NCBI GenBank assembly: GCA_020057405.1
Contig: JAGVFW010000013.1
Span: 1 to 64,000 of the forward strand
Direction of reading: 5' to 3'
From: an archaeon
GTDB taxonomy: Archaea > Micrarchaeota > Micrarchaeia > Norongarragalinales > UBA97
DNA length: 64,000 bases
The position numbers and the translations under genes were made by a program. The notes under the pieces were generated by a model. It worked only from the letters and a program-made list of their open reading frames with translations. It was not told where the DNA came from and made no database searches. Below, in pieces: positions 31,319-40,645 of the stretch. Each line of letters opens with the position of its first letter. Position 1 is the stretch's first letter.

Positions 31319-31690
31319 ATGACGCACCTCGTTCTCAAAGTAATGCCCTGGAAACTGGCGGTGTGCAAGCTGCCTCTAAACGCGCGCCTTCCCCGCGTCA
31401 AAGGCTTCTTCTGCATGACAAAGGCAGACGGGGAATACACGTTGGTCTGCGACTCCAAGTTCGTTCCTCCAGACGCGATTGCCGAAAGCGGTTGGACTGC
31501 TTTTAGGGTGGAGGGAAAGCTCGGCTTCGGCCTGACGGGAATACTCTCGTCAATTGCCTCGCCACTGGCTGACGCGAAAATCGGCATTTTCGCAATTTCC
31601 ACTTTTGACACCGACTACGTGCTAGTAAAGCAAGAGAAACTCGAGGCGGCAATTGCCACCTTGGGAAAAACTTTCGAAGTCAGGCGCTAG
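31319..31690 (+). CDS. ACT-domain protein (CASTOR/ACT_7-like)
   Basis: GILSSIASPLADAKIGIFAISTFDTDYVLV. Confidence 0.85.
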   Translation: MTHLVLKVMPWKLAVCKLPLNARLPRVKGFFCMTKADGEYTLVCDSKFVPPDAIAESGWTAFRVEGKLGFGLTGILSSIASPLADAKIGIFAISTFDTDYVLVKQEKLEAAIATLGKTFEVRR

Positions 31691-32103
31691 CGCTTCCTAA
31701 AGCCGCGCGCATGCGCCTGCTTTGCTATGCGGATGAGCTTCTTGTGGTGCTCGGGAATGTCTTTCTCGTATTCCTCGAGAGGCACGACGATTTTCCCAGT
31801 CTGGTAGACTATGAGGGCAACAGTCGCAAGGGCGAGCCAGAAGAGGAACGCCGCAATCGGGCCCATGACAACGCCGACTACGTCCTCGCCCGTGAAGTTG
31901 TAGGGCGCTGCGATGCTCCAGCCGAAGAGCTGCACGATGAGCTCTGGGCGCGCTTGGGCGTAGATGGCCTTGTTGACGGTGACGAAGACCTGGTAGGCTG
32001 CCTCGAGTGCCTTTAGCACAAAAGCGAAGAGGAAGAAAGCGCCCGCAAGCTTGAGTAGATGGAAGCGTTTGCCGCCGACAGAGAGCCAAATTATGCGATG
32101 CAC
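31687..32103 (-). CDS. membrane protein
   Basis: Two to three TM segments and a basic tail. Confidence 0.6.
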   Translation of the reverse strand: MHRIIWLSVGGKRFHLLKLAGAFFLFAFVLKALEAAYQVFVTVNKAIYAQARPELIVQLFGWSIAAPYNFTGEDVVGVVMGPIAAFLFWLALATVALIVYQTGKIVVPLEEYEKDIPEHHKKLIRIAKQAHARGFRKR

Positions 32104-32207
32104 TCAAATCACCCTTAAATGAGTTAGTACTCTTGGCGGCCATTTAAAGCTTGCGAAACGGCTTCTTTGGACCGCATTTTATTCCTTTCCAGCTAAATAT
32201 ACTACGG

Positions 32208-32279
32208 GGGCCCGTAGTCGAATGGTAAGACGTCTGCTTTACACGCAGAAGACCCGGAGTCCGATTCTCCGCGGGCCCA
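32208..32279 (+). tRNA. tRNA-Val(TAC)
   Basis: Cloverleaf GGGCCCG/CGGGCCC; anticodon arm TCTGC-TTTACAC-GCAGA; T-loop TCCGATT. Confidence 0.93.
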
Positions 32280-32318
32280 CCTAATTTATTATACTTAATC
32301 TACGAGAAGTAACGCAGC

Positions 32319-32813
32319 ATGAAAGCGTTTATCACCGCAGTAAAGAGTAGGGATTTTGAGAAAGTGCGGCGAGCGCTGCCCGAGCTTAGTCTAAATGCCC
32401 CGGGAAATAAGAGATTCAACCTTAGCGGCAACTGGTTAGTGGCACACGTCGACAAGCTAACGCGCGCGCTGCCGGGACCGGAAATCAGAAAAAATAACAA
32501 AATGGGCAAAAACTACGAGCTGAGGAAAAAAGTACTGGGGGCGCTGCTTGGCGAGGCCGTGATGCGCCACCTAGGCATAACCGGGCAGGAACGCGAAAAG
32601 GTCAGGGACGTGATTGCCCAAAGGATAGTTTCCGAATCTAGCGACATCGACGAGAGCGACTTGGCTGAGGAAACGATGATGAGGGTATATGCGAAATTCA
32701 GCGAGCTCAAGACCCAGTTAAACGGCATGCGGACAAGGCATCGGATAAACGACGCGAAGCATTACGAAGTGTGGGACCACGCCTCAAAGGCCGCAATCTA
32801 CTTCACGCCCTGA
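32319..32813 (+). CDS. hypothetical protein
   Basis: 164-aa ORF; no recognised motif. Confidence 0.5.
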   Translation: MKAFITAVKSRDFEKVRRALPELSLNAPGNKRFNLSGNWLVAHVDKLTRALPGPEIRKNNKMGKNYELRKKVLGALLGEAVMRHLGITGQEREKVRDVIAQRIVSESSDIDESDLAEETMMRVYAKFSELKTQLNGMRTRHRINDAKHYEVWDHASKAAIYFTP

Positions 32814-32886
32814 GGCGAAACCCAAGACTAACCCTTAAAACGCTTGCCGGGCTAATAGTTGTTTAAACCGCTTTAGGCGGAAAAAG

Positions 32887-33453
32887 GTGAATTTGTTGAA
32901 GAACTATCCCTCGCCACTCAAACTCAACTTAGGCTGCCACTTCAAGAAACTGGACGGTTTTGTGAATGTCGACTTTGACAAGGAAGTCAAGCCCGAAGTC
33001 GTCTGGGACCTAAACAAGATGCCCTGGCCGTTTAAGGCAGGCAGCGTCGACTACATCAACGGCGACGGCGTCCTAGAGCACCTGGGCTACCTCGACCCCG
33101 TGTTTGCCGAGCTCTCGCGCATACTTAAAGTCGGAGGCGAGGCGTACTTCAGCGTCCCTTACGTGACTAACGCGTACTCCATTTCCTTGATGAACTACAC
33201 GAAGTGGCACAACCACACGCACATCGGCTTCATCCACGACAGCTTCGACAGGTTGTGCGAAATCAACGGCATGGAAGTCTACAAGAGGCAAATCGCGTTT
33301 GCCAGGCCGTACCAGTGGCTTGGACTGCAATGGCTCTTCAACAAGATTCCCGGCATCTACAACCACTTTTTCCTCTTCAGCTACCCCGCCCACGAGTTGC
33401 GCGTGTGGGTGAGGAAAAAAGAGCAAGTCAAGAAAAAAGAGTTCCACAACTAG
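32887..33453 (+). CDS. class I SAM-dependent methyltransferase
   Basis: LNLGC, FVNVD, VLEHL, RILKVGG. Confidence 0.85.
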   Translation: MNLLKNYPSPLKLNLGCHFKKLDGFVNVDFDKEVKPEVVWDLNKMPWPFKAGSVDYINGDGVLEHLGYLDPVFAELSRILKVGGEAYFSVPYVTNAYSISLMNYTKWHNHTHIGFIHDSFDRLCEINGMEVYKRQIAFARPYQWLGLQWLFNKIPGIYNHFFLFSYPAHELRVWVRKKEQVKKKEFHN

Positions 33454-33520
33454 GGCGGAAAGCGCTTCCACAAGCGTTTAAATCACATTTCCCGCCCAAA
33501 TAACTAAGCTGCTTCTAGAC

Positions 33521-33594
33521 GCCGCAGTAACTCAGCCTGGGAGAGTGATCGCCTGAAGAGCGATTTGTCGGGTGTTCAAATCACCCCTGCGGCA
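33521..33594 (+). tRNA. tRNA-Phe(GAA); integration target
   Basis: GCCGCAG/CTGCGGC; ATCGC-CTGAAGA-GCGAT; GGGTG-TTCAAAT-CACCC. Confidence 0.96.
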
Positions 33595-33597
33595 TTC
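33577..33597 (+). repeat. attL, 21-bp direct repeat CAAATCACCCCTGCGGCATTC
   Basis: Identical to 38914..38934; covers the tRNA-Phe 3' end. Confidence 0.93.
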
Positions 33598-33645
33598 CCT
33601 TTTTCTTGAAAGTTGGGGAGAACAACTTTTCTCCCCATCAACAGT

Positions 33646-34149
33646 TCAAACTCGCCCTAATGCCTCCCTTCTTCGAAAATAAACTCTACCTACCTGTTCC
33701 CTAGAGGGCGAGTCTATTTTTTCCATAAAATCCTCCCACTTAAGTTGCGAGCCTATGCAGACAAGGACATCGTTACCGTATGCCTCGAAATTCGTATTAT
33801 AAAACTGGGAGGTATTAGCCGGCTGTTGATGCCAAGGATAGTCCTTTAGAATCTTTAATTCCCCGTATTGCTTCGTAACGAAATAGACGTCAACAGTGTT
33901 TCCGTCTTTTGTGTCTTGACGAACTTGAATGAACAAATTAGAACCGCAGTCTGGCGCTATTTCCGCAACAAGCTGCGTACCGTTTTGGCGTAAATATCCA
34001 AATGCAACAATAGAAGCAGAGTCGGCGTAAGATTCGGCCCTTAGGTAGAATGGCATGGAGTCAATAAGACTGCCGGAGTTAACCACTAGTTTTTCGTCAC
34101 CTTCGCTGTAGAACGGTTTCTTGATAGCTATGGCCAAGGCATTCACCAC
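33646..34149 (-). CDS. hypothetical protein, co-transcribed with the integrase
   Basis: GTG start directly after the integrase stop. Confidence 0.6.
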   Translation of the reverse strand: MVNALAIAIKKPFYSEGDEKLVVNSGSLIDSMPFYLRAESYADSASIVAFGYLRQNGTQLVAEIAPDCGSNLFIQVRQDTKDGNTVDVYFVTKQYGELKILKDYPWHQQPANTSQFYNTNFEAYGNDVLVCIGSQLKWEDFMEKIDSPSREQVGRVYFRRREALGRV

Positions 34150-35286
34150 CTATTTTTCTGATGGCAGGAGCAATTTTAAGCTCCTCATGGACTGCTGAAA
34201 ACCACTCCACGCTCCTCTCCTCATTAGCTCTTGTTGGAAGTGTTTCTTGTTGCTGCCGTCTTGAAGGTAGACGGCCATTGCGTGAATTATTGTTGCAAGG
34301 TCGGCGTCAATTCTCGTCGGGTCATTCTTTCCATAAAGCTCTTCGAACTTTTCCTGCACTAGGTAACGGTCGGCGTGAACGTACCTGGCCGTCATGTCCG
34401 AGTCCGGCCTCCAACCGAAGTAATACTTTAGCTGCTGGTCAGTCAGGTGCTTGGCCATTTCGCTTGCCCTGGCGTGCCGCCATGAATGCGGATTGAGTTT
34501 CTTGTTAATTCCCGCAAGTTTCTGTAGGCGAGCAATAGTGTTACAAGCGGCGGCGTAAGACAATTGCTTGCCCCATCCGTTAAGCCACAGGGGAACGTTG
34601 GAATTTTTCTCGAACTTCCTCGGGTGAACGTCAAGATATACCTGCATGAATTCCAAGGCCAACGGCCAGCCAACTGGCACAATCCTTTCACCAGTCTTGC
34701 CGTCTAGCCTAACGAGCGTCTCGTTTCCTTCCTTGAAGACATCACTTACTTTCAGGTTGAGCATTTCGCCGATGCGGGCGCCCGTAGCGTAAAGAAGAGA
34801 GATGAACGCCTTTTCCTGCAGGCTAGCGGTTTGGTCGATTATGCGCTTTACTTCCTCTTCTGAAATCAGTTTTGACGGGTGAAGTAACGCCGGATGAGGC
34901 TTTGCCATGTAGAAGTTGTCAAGTATGCCAGGGTAGCGTTTCCCTTCGCCTAACAGCCATTTATAGAAAGTGCGAGTGGTTAGGAAGAGGTCAAACTTGT
35001 AGGGTTCAGAAATCGGCTTGCCTCTCTTGGCAGTTGCCTGCCTTATCTTGCGGGCAAGCTCCTCCAGGTCGTCTTTGGTAGCGTCCTTGAAATGCTTGCC
35101 TAGAAGGTCAGAAATCTTGCGCAGTTGCCAAGAGCGCTTAAACCGGAGTCGCAGGCTTTTTCCCTGCGCTTCCAGATAAGCTAGGTAGCGTTTCGCCAGT
35201 TCTGCTTCCTCAGGCTGCATCGCTTTGAAGGCGGTAAACTGCCTCGCAATCATCCGTTCCCCTTGCTCCAATTGTTCCGAGTTCAT
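34150..35286 (-). CDS. tyrosine recombinase/integrase
   Basis: TGARIGE (R), GKTG (K), HSWRH (HxxR), FGW, RYVH (Y); probable ATG 35286. Confidence 0.95.
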   Translation of the reverse strand: MNSEQLEQGERMIARQFTAFKAMQPEEAELAKRYLAYLEAQGKSLRLRFKRSWQLRKISDLLGKHFKDATKDDLEELARKIRQATAKRGKPISEPYKFDLFLTTRTFYKWLLGEGKRYPGILDNFYMAKPHPALLHPSKLISEEEVKRIIDQTASLQEKAFISLLYATGARIGEMLNLKVSDVFKEGNETLVRLDGKTGERIVPVGWPLALEFMQVYLDVHPRKFEKNSNVPLWLNGWGKQLSYAAACNTIARLQKLAGINKKLNPHSWRHARASEMAKHLTDQQLKYYFGWRPDSDMTARYVHADRYLVQEKFEELYGKNDPTRIDADLATIIHAMAVYLQDGSNKKHFQQELMRRGAWSGFQQSMRSLKLLLPSEK

Positions 35287-35450
35287 CTTCTCCACCAAAC
35301 GCCACTACCAATTCAATTACCGCCTGCACCACCGTTTTTGAAACTGCCATCCAAAACCACCTCCGCAAAACGCTTTTTGCAATAGAAGAGCAAATGAAAT
35401 GCCTCAGGCTCAGAGAGTTCTTGTCTGCAAAGCGAGCACTTCATTCGACT

Positions 35451-35520
35451 TACCTCTTTACCTACATACCTATAGTAGTATAACGATAGGTGTATTTAAG
35501 GCTTTCGGTATATAGGTATG
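35451..35520. promoter_or_regulatory. divergent promoter region with repeated operator-like sites
   Basis: TACCT at 35451, 35459 and 35467; perfect inverted repeat CATACCTATA (35465-74) / TATAGGTATG (35511-20) flanking TATTTAAG. Confidence 0.6.
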
Positions 35521-35522
35521 AT

Positions 35523-35660
35523 ATGGCACGTGTGAAAACTAGTATTTCAATCGATGAGGAAACCTGGAAGGAGTTTCGCAAGAAGTGCATCGACGTAGGT
35601 AAAGATGCCAGCACAGTTCTCGAGGAACTCATGCATCGGTGGTTAAAGGAAAAAAGCTAG
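35523..35660 (+). CDS. ribbon-helix-helix (CopG-like) regulator, 45 aa
   Basis: Read by hand: MARVKTSISIDEETWKEFRKKCIDVGKDASTVLEELMHRWLKEKS. Confidence 0.8.
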   Translation: MARVKTSISIDEETWKEFRKKCIDVGKDASTVLEELMHRWLKEKS

Positions 35661-35687
35661 CCTCATTTTGAAGTTTTTGGTGAAATA

Positions 35688-36857
35688 ATGGCTGTTGAAG
35701 AAACGCTTCGGGTCGTCGAAGAAATGGATCGCGACAAAGGCAAACGCGTAGCTAGAGTTAGTAGAGAGACAATGCAAAAATTGTCTCTTGAAACCGGGGA
35801 CCGAATCAAAATTGTCGGCAAGAAAACAACCCTCGGGCTCGTCTTACCAGCACACACAGAAGACGAAAAACTCGATATCATTAGAATTAGCGACATTTTG
35901 AGAGCATCCGCGGCAGTTGAACTTAACCAATTAGTTAAAATATCAAAAATCGATGGCGAAATAGCTAGTCTAGTCGTATTAGCACCAAAACAACCAACTG
36001 CCTACGCGCCCGGATTTGACCAGTACGTCAAAAAGAATCTCATCGGCAAGCCTATCGAGACTGGAGAAATAGTTGAGATAAAAGTGTATGAAACTAGCTA
36101 TCCATTTACCGTCATAACAACTGTTCCCGACAGTGTTGTCGTAGTTAGTTATGAAACCGAAGTAAAACTAAGTACCGAACCGTCTGGGATGATTGACTCA
36201 AAAATATTCAGAGATAGAAAGTTTTTAGAAAGAAAATTAAAGTTTTTGAAAAACCGAACGAATAAGTCCAAGGCCGTATTGACAACGGAGTGGGGTTTGA
36301 CCGGAATAAACATTACCGGAAATATAATCCAACTCAATGAAGATGGATTTAAACAATTGAACGTAACAACTGGAGACATAGTTGAAATCACTAACCAGTT
36401 TGACTCGGATTCATTAGAACAAAAAACGGTTTTAGCTAGAGTCGAACCAATTACCGTCGGAAAATTCAATTTTGCAAGAATGCCGGAGAGTATTAAGGAC
36501 GAATTAATTCTTTCAAGTTCATCAAAAAATATTGAAATCCGAAAATCAACGCTTAAACCGGCTAAGAAAATAGCGCTAGTTCGTCAATCGTTCGGACACG
36601 CATTTTTACCATCAGATTACGAAATTAATCTCCTTAAATTAGACTCGATGTTAGACCGATTATTGTTGCCCGGAGATTCTTTCGACGTTGCCGTAAAGAA
36701 TTCCAGCATTCCATTAGTTGTTGAAAAAATCGAGCCCATCGGCCCTACCATTGTAACAAAGGACACAATCGTCGAATTTACTGAAAAGCCATTAAATCAC
36801 AACCAGCTTCTTGAAGATTTCCAAGCATTACGACAATATCTACAAAACAAAGCCTGA
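35688..36857 (+). CDS. tandem Cdc48 N-domain protein without an ATPase domain
   Basis: Two repeats alignable by eye to the host Cdc48 N-domain ([33 protein letters not shown]; [12 protein letters not shown]); no Walker motifs. Confidence 0.85.
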   Translation: MAVEETLRVVEEMDRDKGKRVARVSRETMQKLSLETGDRIKIVGKKTTLGLVLPAHTEDEKLDIIRISDILRASAAVELNQLVKISKIDGEIASLVVLAPKQPTAYAPGFDQYVKKNLIGKPIETGEIVEIKVYETSYPFTVITTVPDSVVVVSYETEVKLSTEPSGMIDSKIFRDRKFLERKLKFLKNRTNKSKAVLTTEWGLTGINITGNIIQLNEDGFKQLNVTTGDIVEITNQFDSDSLEQKTVLARVEPITVGKFNFARMPESIKDELILSSSSKNIEIRKSTLKPAKKIALVRQSFGHAFLPSDYEINLLKLDSMLDRLLLPGDSFDVAVKNSSIPLVVEKIEPIGPTIVTKDTIVEFTEKPLNHNQLLEDFQALRQYLQNKA

Positions 36858-36925
36858 GTTAAACACAAAATAGCGTCCACTACTACCAACCATTAACTTT
36901 AAATTAACCTATCATTAAATAGTTA

Positions 36926-38308
36926 ATGATAACCGTGGACATTGCAACCCTGAAAAAATTGATTGAGTCCGGCGAGGGCAACACCGTAGAATTTCAGCAA
37001 GCTGTAGCAAAGGACACGGGCCGAACTATATGTGCTTTCGCCAATACCGATGGCGGCCACCTGATTATTGGAGTGGAAAAGAATGGCGGAATCGTGGGAC
37101 TTGAACGGGCAAAGTTAGATGACCTCCAACAAGCTGTTTCAAACTCCTACAAAATTTGTAGCCCCGTTCCGTTAACACAAGTAGGCACCGTAGAAATCGA
37201 CGGTAAGTATGTCCTAGTTATTTCAACCGCAAAGCTGGGGGATGGCGTATGCTATTACGCAGATGAAATTTTGCTTAGGGTTGGAAGCACCAACCATAAA
37301 CTCACCGGGCCAGCCATCGAAGAGTTTCTACGAAAAAATCGCGTAATCAACTTTGACTGGACGCGAAGTTCGGCCAAACTTCAAGACGTAGATACAGAAA
37401 AAATGAAAAAGTACATGAACCGTAGGTCGCCAAATTATTTGTTCGACCCTGCCAGCGAAAAGGCTTTAAAAAACCTCCTTATTTCGCTTCATTTGGCGGG
37501 AGAAAACGGCGACTTTTACGTAAGGAATGGCGGCGTCCTGTTCTTCGCCAAGCACCCTGAAACTTTTATCCCGCAAAACAAGGTGAAGTTAGTCCGATTC
37601 AAGGGCAAAATACCAGTGGACGTGTTGGACATACTCGTCCTACAAAATACGCTTGTGGAAAATATCGAGGAAAGCCTGGCCTTTATCCGCCGAAGCACCC
37701 GCAAGAGCTACGAAATAAAGAACCTTGAACGAGAAGAAAAAACTGAGTACCCTGAAATCGCAATCAGGGAAGCAATAGTCAACGCCCTCGTCCATCGCGA
37801 CTACTTCAGCTCTGCCGTGGTACAGGTCAATGTCTTTGACGACAGGATAGACATTGCAAACCCCGGAATGCTCCCAACAGGAATAAGCCCCGAGGATTTG
37901 TCATCACTTGGACTAGGAGTGCCACGTAACCCAATCATCTACCAGATGTTGATAGACATCAAGGTGGTTGAAGGCATAGGAACCGGCATTCCACGAATGA
38001 TTTCGGCAATGCGGGACGCAGGATTGCCAGATCCCGAGTTCAGACAATTGGGTCCATTGTTCAAAACCACGCTGTTTAACGCCTTCCCCAACCAAGCAGG
38101 CAATCTCAACGTCAGGCAAAGGCGCTCCCTGATTTACTTGAAGGATAACAGCATCATCACCGCACCACAGTACCGAAAAATGTTCAAGATAAGCCACCCA
38201 ATCGCAGTCGACGACCTCAACAAGCTCATCAAGCTCGGACTCGTCAAGAAGAGAGGGCGGGGACCGGCAACGGCCTACGTACTAGCAAAACCTAAAATAA
38301 AGCAATAA
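36926..38308 (+). CDS. Schlafen/AlbA_2 + HATPase_c_4 + wHTH protein (RecG-C-like family)
   Basis: GEGNTVEF, ICAFANTDGGHLIIGV; AIREAIVNALVHRDY, DRIDIANPG, PRNP, GTGIPRM; C-terminal wHTH. Confidence 0.88.
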   Translation: MITVDIATLKKLIESGEGNTVEFQQAVAKDTGRTICAFANTDGGHLIIGVEKNGGIVGLERAKLDDLQQAVSNSYKICSPVPLTQVGTVEIDGKYVLVISTAKLGDGVCYYADEILLRVGSTNHKLTGPAIEEFLRKNRVINFDWTRSSAKLQDVDTEKMKKYMNRRSPNYLFDPASEKALKNLLISLHLAGENGDFYVRNGGVLFFAKHPETFIPQNKVKLVRFKGKIPVDVLDILVLQNTLVENIEESLAFIRRSTRKSYEIKNLEREEKTEYPEIAIREAIVNALVHRDYFSSAVVQVNVFDDRIDIANPGMLPTGISPEDLSSLGLGVPRNPIIYQMLIDIKVVEGIGTGIPRMISAMRDAGLPDPEFRQLGPLFKTTLFNAFPNQAGNLNVRQRRSLIYLKDNSIITAPQYRKMFKISHPIAVDDLNKLIKLGLVKKRGRGPATAYVLAKPKIKQ

Positions 38309-38367
38309 TTAAGAACCTAAAGATAGGTTAATAAATACTTAAAGATACAATAATCTGGGAAGCAGAA

Positions 38368-38619
38368 ATGGAAATAACTGGAATTAAGCTTTTTGACAAA
38401 CCGAACATAGCGCTTACTTTCGTCTTTAATGGAAATCAGAGGCAGGAAGTAAGCTTTAACTTGCTTGGAATAATTCTCATCGCCCTAAGCTTGTTCATCC
38501 TGGTTTTTTCAGAGTCATTCCCTCAGCCGATACAGGGGTGGTTTCAAAGTCTGGGGGCGGCAATGCTGATAGCTGGAATCGTAATTTACGGACTAACTAA
38601 AAAACAAAAAGGCAAGTAA
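38368..38619 (+). CDS. small two-TM protein (element cargo)
   Basis: Two hydrophobic helices and a basic tail. Confidence 0.6.
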   Translation: MEITGIKLFDKPNIALTFVFNGNQRQEVSFNLLGIILIALSLFILVFSESFPQPIQGWFQSLGAAMLIAGIVIYGLTKKQKGK

Positions 38620-38621
38620 CC

Positions 38622-38858
38622 ATGTTGCAAGAGCTACTTCAATCAAAAAATCCCCTGATAAAAATAGTGACGATAACCGCGATTGGTTTAGTCGTCTTCA
38701 TAGTCTTCGGGATTCTCTCAATCATCCTCCTGCCCTGGATAGCCCAAAAGCAGGGAGCGACTCTTGGTCCTCAGGAGTGGCTTGCGTTCTACACTAACCT
38801 ACTTGCCGGAATTGCCACCAGCATTACCATCGGTATACTGTTCTTTCTTCAAAAATAG
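38622..38858 (+). CDS. small two-TM protein (element cargo)
   Basis: Two hydrophobic helices; 2 nt after the previous stop. Confidence 0.6.
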   Translation: MLQELLQSKNPLIKIVTITAIGLVVFIVFGILSIILLPWIAQKQGATLGPQEWLAFYTNLLAGIATSITIGILFFLQK

Positions 38859-38913
38859 TCAAATACCGTCGGCGTTCTATGCCTCCGGTTCTCCCCGTCT
38901 TTTGACTTTTGGG

Positions 38914-38934
38914 CAAATCACCCCTGCGGCATTC
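38914..38934 (+). repeat. attR, 21-bp direct repeat
   Basis: Identical to 33577..33597. Confidence 0.93.
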
Positions 38935-39024
38935 TAATACGATAGCGTAATGCCTCCACGAGCTCTACAGCGGCAGCTCGTACGGATAAACCAATAAATA
39001 CGGCTTTTCAAATAGCTTGATACG

Positions 39025-40503
39025 ATGAAAAGCTTGGAAACACCATCGATTGCGCGTTTTCTATTGCTTGCTGCAATAATGATTTTGATTTCGCTTATGC
39101 TGACGAACTCGGAGTTTACAGGAAAAAGCACGGGCGGAGTTGTTTTGAATCTTCCGAATTTAAACCCTGGCGCCATAATTCAAACTACGCCGGGCCCCAG
39201 TCCCACCGCGTCGCCGCAACCCTCCCCGTCTCCCACGCCCCGACCTACTCCTTCGCCCAGCCCCTCGACAACTCCGAGCCCGTCTCCAAGCGTTTCACCA
39301 AGCCCCAGTCCCTCTCCCACGCCAACTCCAAATCCGGACTTCGCGTGTGGGGTTAATGAAAGCGGAAAGACGAAGCGCTTCGTTTCATCCTGCGGCGACT
39401 TGAATCAGTCGAACAGCGCCTATTTCCTCACGCGAGACATCATCAACTCTAACAACGAATACTGTTTCACCATCTCGGCCGACAACGTTGTTCTTGATTG
39501 CGGCAACCGCCGGATTGACGGCGACGGTTCCGGTTACGCGGCAATCTTTGCCAAATCTAGGACTAATATAAGCGTAGTCAAGTGCAGCATGACTGACTGG
39601 TTCTACGGCGTGGAGGGAGAGTCTATCGGCAAAAGCGCCTTTTCCTGCAACAAATTCTCGAACCACATGTATGGCGGATTGCAATTCGACCGCGTTACGG
39701 ACTCGGCAGCATTCAACAACACGTTCCTTTCTGGAGTTTATCAAGCGGCCGAATTAATGCGCTCTAACCGCAATTCATTTAATGAAAACAGCATTTTGAA
39801 CGGCTTTGTCGGAGCACTGCTGACTCGGTCGTCACTCAATACGTTTTACAAAAACAAGTTCATCGGCCCCACCCAGCCCATAACCCTGATAGAAAACTCG
39901 AATGCGAACATCGTATCGGAAAACACGCTTAATGGCCCCGTAAATCCAGGCATACTCGTCATCAATAGCCGCTCTAACACGCTCGAACTGAATAAGATCA
40001 CTTCGGGAAGCGGAGCGCACTTGATTGACCTGCTTGTTGCAAACGGTACCTCGATTCGAGACAACTATTTGGTACCTGCTCCTGGAGCGGCTGCAATCCG
40101 ACTAGATCGATCCCAAAGCAATACATTGCTCAGAAACAAGATAGTGGGAAGCCAACTCTGTCCGGAGGGAATCTTGGTTGGCGAAGCAGGTGACGAGCAG
40201 CCTTCCAAGTTAAACACTATCGCCTATAACGACATTACGGGCTGCTTGTTCGGCCTCAACATCGATAACTCTGACGCGGACCGGATTATTTCAAACAAAA
40301 TAGCCGGCTTCGGTATTAGCGGCATTTTCCTTACGCTGTCCAGCAACGAGTACTTGGCGTCAAATCGTGTTTGTGGCGCCAAATTTCCTAACGCCGACAT
40401 TAGTGCGGAATCCTCTAGCGGCACGGGCAGGGAAAACACTTGCGACACTACTTCTTATTGGAACGACCAGGGACAAACCGGCTGCACATACCGGTGCAGC
40501 TAG
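39025..40503 (+). CDS. surface protein: N-terminal anchor, Pro/Ser/Thr linker, parallel beta-helix (NosD-like) repeats
   Basis: TM/signal; (PS/PT)n linker; [13 protein letters not shown]; Asn-ladder repeats (SNxNxxxxN). Confidence 0.8.
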   Translation: MKSLETPSIARFLLLAAIMILISLMLTNSEFTGKSTGGVVLNLPNLNPGAIIQTTPGPSPTASPQPSPSPTPRPTPSPSPSTTPSPSPSVSPSPSPSPTPTPNPDFACGVNESGKTKRFVSSCGDLNQSNSAYFLTRDIINSNNEYCFTISADNVVLDCGNRRIDGDGSGYAAIFAKSRTNISVVKCSMTDWFYGVEGESIGKSAFSCNKFSNHMYGGLQFDRVTDSAAFNNTFLSGVYQAAELMRSNRNSFNENSILNGFVGALLTRSSLNTFYKNKFIGPTQPITLIENSNANIVSENTLNGPVNPGILVINSRSNTLELNKITSGSGAHLIDLLVANGTSIRDNYLVPAPGAAAIRLDRSQSNTLLRNKIVGSQLCPEGILVGEAGDEQPSKLNTIAYNDITGCLFGLNIDNSDADRIISNKIAGFGISGIFLTLSSNEYLASNRVCGAKFPNADISAESSSGTGRENTCDTTSYWNDQGQTGCTYRCS

Positions 40504-40645
40504 GCCGTTTAGCCTAGAACTAAATGAAACACGTCAATCAGAATGCTAGTCTCACCGTGCTTTGGAAGTGCATCACTTGCTCCAACCAATGCATTCTGCT
40601 CGTTTCTCCCGGAATGAGGGCATCGTTATAGCGTAGTGTACCGCG

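Larger units (their letters stand above)
33577..38934. mobile_element. tRNA-Phe-integrated element (~5.3 kb) with tyrosine integrase
   Basis: Perfect att direct repeat; integrase near attL; visibly more AT-rich than the flanks. Confidence 0.92.

Noticed and set aside
35210-35350. 46-codon minus-strand ORF with a strong GGAGGTGG SD, overlapping the integrase start
   Set aside because: No recognisable product; it could be a regulatory upstream ORF, but the sequence alone does not support this
39190-39335. Repetitive CCC/CCG-rich DNA
   Set aside because: Encodes a Pro/Ser/Thr linker; not a CRISPR array or DNA-level repeat
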